DNA from: Eledone cirrhosa
Taxonomy: Eukaryota
Assembly (NCBI GenBank): GCA_964016885.1
Contig: OZ024742.1
Location: 152,334,001 to 152,398,000 of the forward strand
Direction: 5' to 3'
Length of the DNA: 64,000 bases
The translations under genes were made by a program, and so were the position numbers. How positions within the stretch are numbered: position 1 is the first letter of the stretch; the number at the start of each line of letters is the position of its first letter. Of this stretch, positions 12,880 to 24,778 are shown in pieces. Under the pieces are notes generated by a model. That model was not told the DNA's origin. It worked only from the letters and a program-made list of their open reading frames with translations, and ran no database searches.

Positions 12880-13240
12880 AAGAGAGTGAGGGATGGGAGA
12901 GAGAAAGAGAGAGAGAGAGAGTAACAGATGAGAGAGAAAAAGAGAGAGAGTGGGAAATGGGAGAGAGAGTAAGGGGATGAGAAAGAAAGAGAGTGGATGG
13001 GAGAGAGAAAGGGGATGTGAGTGAGAAAGAAAGCGAGTAAGGGATGGGAGAGAAAGAGAGAGAGTGGAATATGGGGGAGAGAGAGAGTAAGGGGATGTGA
13101 GAGAGAAAGAAAGAGAGTAAAGGATGAGAGAGAGAGTGGGAGATGGATGGGAGAGAGAGTAAGGGGAGGAGGGGGGGGTGAGAGAGAAAGAAAGAGTGAA
13201 AGGGGATGAGAGAGAAACACGATGAAAGAGAGAGAGGGAA
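12880..13240. repeat. GA-rich polypurine low-complexity tract in the Helitron 5' region
   Basis: Recurring GAGAGAGAGTAAGGGGATG-like units. Confidence 0.85.
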
Positions 13241-13970
13241 AGTAACCAGCGTTCTTAACTTTTATTTATTTATTATTTTTACACACTTTTTAACTCCCCC
13301 GGTCCCTTAACATTGTTCACCTTTTCTTTATTGTTTGTTCTCTATTCCGTAGAGAGAGGGGGGGGGGGAGTGCGAGAGAAAGAAAGAGAAAGGAAGTGAG
13401 GCGGATGGGGAGAGAAAGACAATAAGAAAAGAGAAAATATGGGAGAGAGAAAAAAGTAAAGAGGCAGGAGAGAGGGAGGGTGATTGGAGGGATTCTTTAA
13501 CTAACGTGTGTCCGTGTTTATATGTATATTTACACACACATATGTGTGTGTTATCATGGGGGGGGGGGGCATTCTTTATCAGACGATATATGTTACCATC
13601 AACATTTATTTTCTACATATGTCTAAAGAAATCACAGATGCTTTTATAGAAGTTGTATATATATGTATCTATTTAACAGAAAAAAAAAAAAACGGTATTT
13701 TTAAACAATATTATTTGAATATATTATTTTCCGCTGTTATTTGAATTAACACAGAAAGTATTTTATTGTGTAGTGTTTGTCCTTTTTTGGGGGGTAGTTG
13801 GATAAAAAATGATAATTTCAGAATACAATCTGAAATCTCAATATTTTCTATATATGTCTAAAATTAATTACACCTAATATACATAAAGAGATCATTTAAA
13901 ACAACTTTACTGAGTGAACAATACATTCTATAGTTGTTTCTATTTCGGAAAGAGTGTGGTGTGTAATAAT

Positions 13971-14033
13971 TGTTTCTACTTTTGGCACAAGGCCAGCAAT
14001 TATTCCAGTGCATTACTGGTACTTTATTTTATC
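13971..14033 (-). mobile_element. 5'-truncated SINE (family A) nested in the Helitron, with target-site duplication
   Basis: SINE 3' part flanked by identical GTGTGGTGTGTAATAAT at 13954-13970 and 14034-14050. Confidence 0.85.
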
Positions 14034-14080
14034 GTGTGGTGTGTAATAATATCACTTCAAATTCCTAGAAAACGTTCCGG

Positions 14081-17000
14081 ATCATTATATGGAAGGTCAT
14101 CTGCATAGGCTAAGAGAAAGAAAACACAGCGATCTGAATAAAGTGAAGAAGTTCGGTATGCCCGTCTAGCTCTATCAGAGCCCAAACAGCTTTATCACGA
14201 GTACACCATTTGGATGAAAGGGAACAAAGGGCTGCTGCTACACGAGAACAACAAATTAAGGAGCAGCAGCAAATCAGACGAAATGCTAATAGAGCACATC
14301 GTTTCTACTGCCCGTGCAGGAGAACAAGCCACAAGTAAAATGAACTGGCTTATGGGTGCTTTTTCTTATGATCGCCAAAAGGACTACAGCAGTAATCCAC
14401 AAATCAACATTGGGAAAATGAACAAATGCTGCCAGTATTGTGGTGCCAAGAAGTGGGCAGCAGAAACACCAAGTCTATGCTGCTCAAAAGGCAAAGTGAG
14501 CCTTAAAACAATACAAGAACCTCCTGAATTTCTGAAGAATCTGCTCCTTCAGCATACACCAGAAGCACGACACATCATAAAATATAATTCTGCCTTTCAA
14601 ATGACATCTTTTGGGGCTGAGAGGAATGTGATTGACTTTAGATTCTGTACAACTTATAAAATTCAGGGACAGTGTTACCACTCAATGGGTGGCCTTCTGC
14701 CACTTTCACAGGAGCCTCACAAATTTGTGCAGGTTTACTTCATGGGTGGAAATGAAACACAGGCACAACAAATATGTACCAATGTCCATGGTGGATTGCA
14801 GTTCTACATAGTCATAAAGTTACAAGAAATGCTTCACCGACATCACATGTACGTCAGTGTATTTAAATATGCACTGGAGCATATGAACAACACCAGATAT
14901 CGTAAAATAATCATTAGGGCAGTCAAACGCCTCGCTTCAGAACATGAATGTAGATTCAATGCACATGTCACTGATGAAGTTGCAATCATAATGGTTGATG
15001 GACAGCATGAACGACGTGACATTGTTTTGTAAAAACAAAGTGGACATTTGGAGCGAATTTGTGAAACACATAGAGCCTATGATTCACTCCAATATCCGCT
15101 CATCTTTTGGAATGGTCAAGATGGATATCATTTTCAACTACGGCAGATCAGCCCAGGAACGGGACAAGTGACTGGCCGATCAATCAGTTGCAAATAATTC
15201 TATACTTAACATTTCATGGTACGTGATCACTTCAAGCAAGTTCTGCGATTCAAAGTAACCAGCCAGTTCATGGTGGACATGTATGCCAAAATTGAAACAG
15301 AAAGATGGGGTTTTCTGCGAAGGAATCAAACTAAGTTGAGGGCAGATAACTACATCCACCTTAGAGATGCCATCAATTCTGATGTTGACCCAAAAAATAT
15401 TGGCCATCACTTCACGGGAGGACCACGTAAGATGCATGAACGTACGCAAGATGTAATGGCCTATGTCAGAAAATTTTGTCGGCCAGATCTCTTCATTACA
15501 ATTCAATGCAATTACATGCAATTCAAACTACAATTCAAATTACATGCAATTCAAACTGGTCAGAAATATGAAATGAATTATTTCAAAATCAAAAACCAAA
15601 GGATCGACATGACCTCATTGCTTGGGTTTCCCATGAAAAGCGAAAAAAAACAAAACTCATCTGGCTCCTAAAAGAAGGAAGAATCTTTGGTGAGATTAGT
15701 GCTTAGATGACCACTATTGAGTGGCAGACGAGAGTCTTTCTCATTCTCACACACTAATCTGATGCAAGAAGATAAGACCAGATGATGTTGATAGGATCAT
15801 TTCAGCAGAGTTGCCTGATAAAGGTTTTGATCCAGAGCTCTTTGAATCCATCAAGTTCAAACTCATTCATGGTCCATGTGGAGTCATCAATCCAGCCTCT
15901 CCCTGCATGAAAGATAAAAAATGCAGCAAACATTATCCTAGAGCTTTTATTCGGGAAACTCGGACTGACAATAATGGATACCCCCCTTATCGTAGGCGTA
16001 GACCAGAACATGGAGGCAATACTGCAAGCCTAACAGTTTGAGGCGCGGAGCTAACCATAAACTATCAGTGGGTCGTCCCACACAACAAATTGTTGTGTAA
16101 ACTTTTAAAAGTTCATATCATATGTTGAGTATTGCAGCTCCGTCAAGGCAATCTTATATGTCACAAAATATTACAAGGGCAGTGATATGGCTACCTTTAT
16201 TACTGACAAAGAACTCAATGATGGTGGGCTGGATGAGGTCAAACGGTATCAAACAGGACGATACATCTCCAGCAATGAAGCTATCTGGCGAATCTTTGGA
16301 TTTGATATCCACCAATGCCACCCAACAGTGGTCAACCTCATAGTCCATCTTGAAAATGGACAGAGAGTGTACTTCACTGAGATCACTGCCCATCAGTTGG
16401 CACAAGCATCACATGACACTACACTAACTGCTTTCTTTAAATTCTGCCAGAATGATGAATTTGCTGGATCCCTCCTATATGCTGAAGTCCCAACATACTG
16501 CACCTGGACCAATTGCAAGACCTGGAAACAAAGAAAGCAGGGTCATTTAGTGGAAAGGTCAGGAAGTCAAGTCAAGTGATGCTATTGAGCGTGTTTACAA
16601 TGTCTATCCCAACAACAGAGAATGTTTTTATTTACGGCTACTTCTGTATACTGTTCGAGGACCAACGTCATTTGAGGATCTTAGGTGCTTCAGAGGAAGG
16701 GAGTGCGAAACATACCAAGAAGCATGTAAACAGCATGGACTCCTGCATGAAAATGGGCACTGGAAGAAGTGCCTAGAAGAAGCAGCAATCACTCAAGTAG
16801 CCAGTCAAATAAGACAATTATTTGCTATTATGCTCACAGCATGTGGAATTGATGAAGCTCATCTACTCTGGCAGGAGTACAAAAACAATATGTCGGACGA
16901 CTATCTACACCTAGCCCGAAGACATCATGGCAATATGTATATGGAATATACCCCCAGGATTTACAATCAAGCTCTCTGTGACCTGTCCCATCGAGTTCAG

Positions 17001-18457
17001 GCAATGAATATCACATTAGCTAACTGCGGGATGCCAGAGCCAGATGAAGAAATGGAGGTAGCACAAGACATGTTTCAGGAGACAAACTACGATATTCAAG
17101 CATTGCGTAAGTTTGTGGATGACCAGAAATACGCCTACCACAACATCATCGAAAACATTCAAAATGACAGGTGAGGACTTTTCTTCATCGATGCTCCTGT
17201 TGGCACAGCCAAGACATTCCTCATAAACCTACTGCTTGCAAAAGTTCGCCAAAAGCAACATATTGCCCTTGCTGTGGCTTCAAGTGGCATTGCAGCAACA
17301 CTTCTGGACGGAGGAAGAACTGCACACTCCATGTTTAAGCTGCCCATAGATCTCACACGGTATGAACAATCTTTTTGCAACATCAAGAAGAACTCATCCA
17401 AGGGTAAGCTTCTGCAAACATGCAAGATGATAATTTGGGATGAAGCTACTATGAGCCATAACGGAGCAATTGAAGCTTTGGACCGGACGATAAGGGATCT
17501 GAGAGAAAATAGTTGCATGATGGGATGAGTGACAATGGTTCTTGCTAGTGATTTCAGACAAACTATGCCAGTAATTCTTCGAGGGACTCGAGCTGATCAC
17601 GTCAATGCCTGTCTGAAAACATCCTATATCTGGCCTTGCTGAGCCTTACAACCAACATGCGAGTGTACTTAACTGGTGACGAAGGTGTCAGTGAGTTTGC
17701 CATCCAACTACTTAAATTGGGAAATGGACTTCTTGAAAAGGACTTCAATGACCATATTCAGTTGTCATTTGACCATATCTTGACACAGAACAAGAACTGA
17801 TTGCCAGAGTGTTTCCAAACATTCAGACCAGACAATGTGATCCGAAATGGCTCTGTGAACGAGCAATCTTAGCACCTAAAAATGTTGCTGTGATAATATC
17901 AACAGAAGGCTGCTGGAGATGTTGCCGGGAGAGAAAATATGCTACAAATTAGTTGGCACAATCACTTCACAGACCAGGTTGTAAACTATCCAACTGAAAT
18001 TTTGAACAGTCTTGAATGAGCGGGAATTCCTCCACACAACCTGATACTGAAGCTTGGACCATCGGTCATGCTACTTCGCAATCTGGATCCTCCAAAACTT
18101 TGTAATGGCACACGACTCATCATCAAAAATATGATGTCCAATGTTCTAGAAGTTGCAATCATGTCAGGAAAATTTGCTGGTGACAATTGTTTCATTCCCA
18201 GAATACCTCTGAAGCCAACTGATTTGCCATTTGAATTTCAAAGACTTCAATTTCCGATCAGGCTCAGCTTTGCCATGACCATTAATAAATCTCAAGGGCA
18301 ATCATTGAAAATCGTTGGGTTGAATCTGGCAGATCCTGTCTGTTCACATGGTCAACTCTATGTTGGCACTACAAGGGTTGGGAACCCTGATTTTCTCTTC
18401 ATTGTGGCACCACAGGGTAAAACCAAGAATGTTGTTTATGCAGAGGCTTTGGAATGA
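14081..18457 (+). pseudogene. Helitron RepHel (HUH Rep plus PIF1-family helicase), many stops and frameshifts
   Basis: CQYCGAKKW..E...CCSKGKV, YNSAFQMTSFG, RPDLFIT, HGPCG...CSKHYPR, GRYISSNEA.WRIF, GRTAHS, IIWDEATM, MLLRNLDPPKLCNGTRL, QFPIRLSFAMTINKSQGQS, HGQLYV. Confidence 0.95.
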
Positions 18458-19377
18458 GCAGTGTCGTAATCCCTCATTCAATGACAATACACACAGATCC
18501 TAATTCCTTAGTCATGTAGTTTGCAAGGAATTCTGAAGCCGCAAATTTACTGCATGGTGTTACTTTGGAAGAATATGCAGGCATTCCCGGGTACCTCTGC
18601 TATATAGAGTAGTATAAGTGAGGACTGTGTTGGGTAGAAATAGCAGCCAAATTTCCTTCAAATCCCACCTTACTTTCTCAGGTATGTATATATGTATGAA
18701 GCAAAAAGGAATGGTTCTATGTGATAACTCGATCTACTAGAAATATTAGCAAAATCCATTTCAAATCACAAACAACTGTCTTACACACATACATGTGTGT
18801 GTATGTATCTATGTATGTCATGTGAGCCACTATAATTGTTGGTATAGCTAATAGAAAACAAATCTCCCTCAAACATGATCCTACTGCCACAGAGGCAAAG
18901 ATTGGTGGAAGCTACAGTGTACAAATTTAAATAGACTTTCCCCGAATTATGTTAATCAGTAAGTAAATGTAAGCAATCAGTAAGCAATCATAAACCAATG
19001 CTAAATTTATTTTCTTATTTTATTTATGGTTTTTAAAATAGTCTTTACATGTTGTTTGAATTTCAGAGGTTCAGATTGAGCAAAAAAAAAAAAATTTGGT
19101 CATTCCTTTTCACTGACAACATACCTAATGATTCATCTATTAGTAAACCATTATATATGCTGACTGTAATAGGGAGCAGTATTCAAAAAATCACCACTGG
19201 AAAAAAATATTTTCATCTAGATGATTTACTTTGACCAAACGGCAATAAATATTCTGCTATAATTCCTACTTTGGTTAAAATTCAGCAATCATATTTGAAT
19301 GGTCAAATATTGTGTAATGTGTGCCAAATATATTGTAACTTTCATAAAATACTCGGGCATCACCGGGTAGCTCAGCT

Positions 19378-19453
<76 letters not shown>

Positions 19454-19841
19454 TGTGTGTGTGTGTGTTTGTATGTGTGTGTGTGCGTGCAGGAAATATG
19501 AAGGAATTTGAGGCATTTTTATTAGTCTTACATGTGATTCAACAAATGAAGAATGTGATAAAAGGAAAACAATGCATTAAGTTGCCTTATAACGCATAGG
19601 AGTAAATCCATATACGAAGATCTGGGCATAGAAAATGAATAAACCACCTTAATAGATTACTTTTCTTCCAATGTGTATCACCACACCATTAAATACATTA
19701 ATCCTTTACTGAAAAGACAAAAGTTAAGTGATAATGACAACTGAAAATATTTAGTTTATTAGTGTGTAGAATAAATATACAACAATGAAATATATTCTTC
19801 TAGACATCAACACATATATATATATCTACACCCCCCCCATA

Positions 19842-19874
<33 letters not shown>

Positions 19875-19948
19875 GTATATATATATATAGTGAAAGAGTG
19901 GAAGAGTGAAGAATAACGTGGTCGACTGTACAAAAATGGTTTTATTTA

Positions 19949-20061
19949 CAGTATTAACAAATGTTTCATTGATCAGTTGAGTCTAAAGGCCGTTGATCAC
20001 TCGAAATTGCGTCACTCGACCTTAAATACAGTGTGTGTCTGACCAAATCATCGGAATACTG
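19949..20061 (-). ncRNA. Type I hammerhead motif with 80-nt stem II (U4C variant)
   Basis: Minus strand: CAGTATT-CCGATGA-T-TTGGTCAG...CTGATCAA-T-GAAA-CATTTG-TT-AATACTG; 7-bp stem I; homologous to 63022-63132. Confidence 0.65.
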
Positions 20062-20227
20062 GAGGGTCTAACACATGGTATTGGTATTTATAGATACATC
20101 GGAGAATCAAGTGAATGAAAACAATAACACAAATAATAAAAGATAATAAAAAACAGTGTAAAAGATTAAAAATGATAAAAAATACGGTTACTGATAATAG
20201 TAGCAGTGGCCGTGGTATTTGAAGTTA

Positions 20228-20402
20228 TAATTGTTTCTACTTTTGGCACAAGGCCACAATTTAACCAGTGCATTACTGGTACTTTATTTTATCGACCCCG
20301 TAAGGATGAAAGGCAAAGTTAACCTCGGCCGAAGTTGAACTCAGATGGGCAAGGGCCGTAACTCTATGCGTCAAAGCATGGCGTCTGACCCTCTACCGAT
20401 AC
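20228..20402 (-). mobile_element. tRNA-derived SINE (family A)
   Basis: GAGTTCAAC B-box-like motif, CTTTGCCTTTCATCCTTACGGGGTCGATAAAATAAAGTACCAGTAATGCACTGG core. Confidence 0.85.
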
Positions 20403-23400
20403 TGATAATGGTGAGTATGTGTAAATGATAACAATAACATGAAAAGAAATACGATATATGATAGGCGAAATGATATTCAGTGGACGTCATGCTAATATAG
20501 TGTATTGAGTTCATTATGTGGCGAAATAAAAATGCAAAAAATACCAAAAAAATATATAAAAAATATTAGAGGATTAAAATACAAAAATAAAAAGTAAGAG
20601 AGAAGAGATAAAGATTAGGAGATAGAGAATAAAGAATAAGGATTCGAAGATGAGACATAAAGGATAGGACTTAGGACCGGGAACAGTAGAGATAACAAGT
20701 GAAAGGGACAGATGATATATGAGTGATTAAGGTCTGGTAGATTGATTGTTTTATCTTAATGGAGGTGATGCGACTATAGAGAGAAAGGGAAAGAAAGGTT
20801 GGGGGATTCATGATGTTGATTTAAAGACCAGTTGGTCAGTTGACAGTTAATAGCAGTGGAGTGGTGTGAAGTTAGTACATATATATATATATAATGCTTT
20901 GTCGCCCCTAAAAAACAAAACACAAAACAAAAACGCAATAACAATTTTTAGGCAACTTCCAAACCTCTTTTAGAGTTTCAAATTATGCTATGTGACACCA
21001 CAGCTGTAGGCTCACTACACTTGATCAGCAACAATTTACAGTATATACTTTCTATATTTATGGTACATATTCACTGTTGTCTCATTTATTTTCTAATGTG
21101 TGTGAATCTTAATATCCTAAATATAAAATTACATCTGGTGATGTTATTGACATTTTGTCTCTTATCCAAGTTTATCTCCGACGTAATTTATAGAAAGTCA
21201 CCTACAACCGAGAATTGAAACCTTGTTGCAGAATTGCTTCATTAGTAGTTTACTTCAGTTTTATTCTACACCATGAATACTTTTTAATTACTGTCAGCAA
21301 TGTGAAATTACTTATGCAATAATTTCTTAAATTAATTACGCACACACTTTACTGCTTTATCAATCAATAATAATGAACTTCTATTTAAAACACTTTAAAA
21401 TCGAAAAATTTACCTTTTACATTTTGAAATCTATTGAAAAGAAATAACATTCCTTAGTTGAGTAATTTTATAACTAATTTAAAGTGAGAATTAATCAGAA
21501 CAAACTAAATATTCCATCTGAAAACGTTTATATCTAAAAAGACAAATAAATAAACAAATAGTAGAGTAGAAACGGAAAAAATACACACAGAAAAGTGATG
21601 AAGAATAAATACAACAGTAGAAGGAAATAGTGTAACAAGGATAGAAGTAATTCAATTAAGAGGCAAGCTTTTAGAATTACAATATAATGTTATTTCAGGA
21701 TTGACTTTAATTATAATATATTTGGATTTGCGAATTCCGAATTAACCATTAACCGCAGTATATATGTAATTTCAACAGCAGATTTCCAATTTGTAGCATT
21801 GAGATGTAAAGTAAATAAACTTCACCTGGAATCTTTATGGCTCTTTTATGGTTAAAGAATTATCAAAATAAAGAGAAATAGAAGGATAGAATTTACGCGG
21901 CATTTTTTCCTTCGAATAATTGTCTGAAAATTAAAAGTAATGTATCATTATTTCTGAATAGAAGAGAATTTGGAGTAGTGGAAGCAAAGAAGAAACAGAC
22001 TAAATACCTAAAGATATCTATTTCTAACCTCTGACATTTCGAATCTAAAATACATAACACCAGAGTATATATTACCCCTCGTAAACAGTTAAAGTAGGTA
22101 GCAGACATAGACCAGGGCAATAGAAGATCTAATCATCAGAAATATCCTATGACAAATATAAAGCACTAATCATTTTATAATGTACATTTTTAATCACACA
22201 AACCAGTCTTGAGCTTTATACGTTAAGATTGGTTTGTGTGTAATCCTTCCTACTATATGAGGTAGTTGTAAGAACTGCACATGACATGTGAGGCACTGAA
22301 ATGGCATAACATAGGCAATAGTGAGAGTATTATAATATACATTTAGTGACTATGTCTTATTATTTGAAGCAGAGAGAATGTCTTAACATACGACGTAGGG
22401 AGAGTATCACAATATATATGTGGTGCATCTTTTGATTCCCTGTTTAAAGCCTTTGAAATCGTCACTGATACTGATTAAATATAACAAGATAAAACATTTA
22501 ACATTTTAACATTACAATATCCAGTATATCTTCGTTTAGCATCCAGCGTTGAGTGACAACAGATAAAATGTATATGTAATTATTTACATCGTTTAATTGT
22601 GTCGAGATGTATATAACTATAGTTATTTTCAGTTAATACTAACAAACGATCGCATGATGTCTATTTCTGTAAGTCAGTCTTCTGTTTAATCGGAAGTAGA
22701 TTTAAGTCTTTAAATCTAACGCAACAAATAAGACTATGTAGCTACTGACGTCAGTAAAGGTGTTCCAAAATATATTGAAGATTATTATCTGAAGCACACA
22801 TAACATGTCTCGTTATGAATGTTTGAGCTGGGATCAGATCACAACTATTTCAGTGCTTCTGATAATCAATCCTAGGCAATCAAGTACCCGTTATATAGAA
22901 ATAAATATTTGTAGCAGATGTTTTATGTTTTTATGCAAAAAGTATATAAGCCATAGCTTATTCTTCTCTCAGTGACGAATGTGTAAATATCCAGAAATGC
23001 GAACATGGAGTGTTCTCACACAACCACTGAAATGGTTGTGGAGTAATTACAGCTTACAACATTCATAACGGGACTATATATGTTTATTATACATAAACAT
23101 ATTGCATATCGCATATTGTATACACATCCATCACGAGGATTCGACCTTAGTGCAGCAATATTAATAGATCTGCATTGATTATAGACTGATTCTGCAACTA
23201 CAGTAAGGCATGTACCTGTAATTGTTAGCTATATGTAAGAGTGAGCCATTGAATATTATATACCTAGACTACGTACAACGTGTGCTGAAAGTTAAGAAAT
23301 CCGAAACGCCAATCTTTCGGTTAATATCCAGTAAACGTACTACGTCTATCAACAGTGACACTCTAAATAGCTTAGAATATCTTAAATTTTCCGAGACTGT

Positions 23401-24609
23401 ACTGAATTAGATGCTTATCAGAAATAGCCTGGATCACTGCCACTTTATTATATAAGTCACAGACATTTTCAGAATGCCAAATTTCATTCAATTCTTATAA
23501 TATACAGTGAAGACAATCGGTTAAGTTGTTTGCTTTGTTACTCAAGAATATCAAGATAGTTAGCGGCAGGGATAGAAATATTAATATTGGATATATTTCA
23601 GCCAAAATTCTATTTGTTGGCGTTAGAGCAAAGAATAATATTTAGAAGTGACAAAACGCCAGATCCACGAATTGGAATCGTTAATAGCAGGTTTGGATAT
23701 GTTAGAAAATACATTCTTAAACAAGAAACATTCCATTACTGGCAGGAACACTATACAATAAGTAGTAACATAACTACCATTGTTGTTGTCATGACTGTAA
23801 TTTTGTGTGAGTGTATGTGTGGCGGGGAGAACCATACGATTAAATTAGATTTAATTTTGCCGTGGCAGATAAAATTTATTACAGCAATGGCTATAAGTAC
23901 ATGAATAGACATTGTGTTGTCGTATTATAATGGTATATGCCGTCGTGTATTGGCTTCTGTAACAATTGGCATTATTAGCAATATCTTCACATTAGTAGAG
24001 ATGTCAACTGTGGTTGTGGTGTGTGGTGTATAGTTACGGTGAAGTGGAGGATGTTATATATTTTCACTATTCACTGTAGTTCTCTGCGTAAGGCTCTATG
24101 TGGAATTGCTATTATTACTGTGTTGTAATTTCAATTCTATGGGTGAGAATTTATTATATAGTATTAATTTCTAAAATATGATATTGACTATGATTATGTA
24201 CAATTTAGTCAGTTTACTGTTCATAGTATATCCAGGCTACCGATAAACTGAGAGATAGGAAGGCTGAGTGAAGTTAGTGATGTTAATGTTCAAACTGGAC
24301 GTCTGAATGTGATTATTGTGAAATAGATATTATGAATGATTTGCAGAGGTTTAGATTTATGATGATTGGAAACGGGTTTTGCAGATGTCTTAATGCGCAA
24401 GAAGCTCTAACTATAACAGTGTAACTGCACGTGGTCGGAACAAGTTGTCTTAAGTAGCGGTGGTATTTAACATTTTAAAAACAGCACAGGAAGAGCAGAA
24501 ATATTATAGAAAGATAATGCTGAAAAAAATTGTTGGAATCATAGTTGTATTGTCATCGTAAGATTCTATAAACGCTCGGATGACTTTCATTGTGTATAGC
24601 ACAGAATAT

Positions 24610-24778
24610 TATTATTCGGACGCCATGCTTTCCAGCATAGTTACGTCCCTTTACGATCTGAGTTCAAATCTCGCCGAGGTTGACTTTGCCTTTCATCCTT
24701 ACGGGGTCGATAAAATAAAGTACCAGTAATGCACTGGGTAATTGCTGGCCTTGTGCCTAAAGTAGAAACAATTATTAT
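24610..24778 (+). mobile_element. tRNA-derived SINE (family A)
   Basis: GAGTTCAAATC B-box, same core, GAAACAATTATT tail. Confidence 0.85.

Larger units (their letters stand above)
12643..19379 (+). mobile_element. Helitron (autonomous type, decayed)
   Basis: A|TC start at 12643 (approximate, abuts the microsatellite), RepHel pseudogene, 3' hairpin CTCGG-GCATCA-CCGGG (19352-19367) followed by CTAG|T (19376-19380). Confidence 0.75.

Noticed and set aside
20850-24600. Possible host exons in the least repetitive stretch
   Set aside because: No recognisable protein motif or convincing exon; small exons cannot be excluded without RNA data
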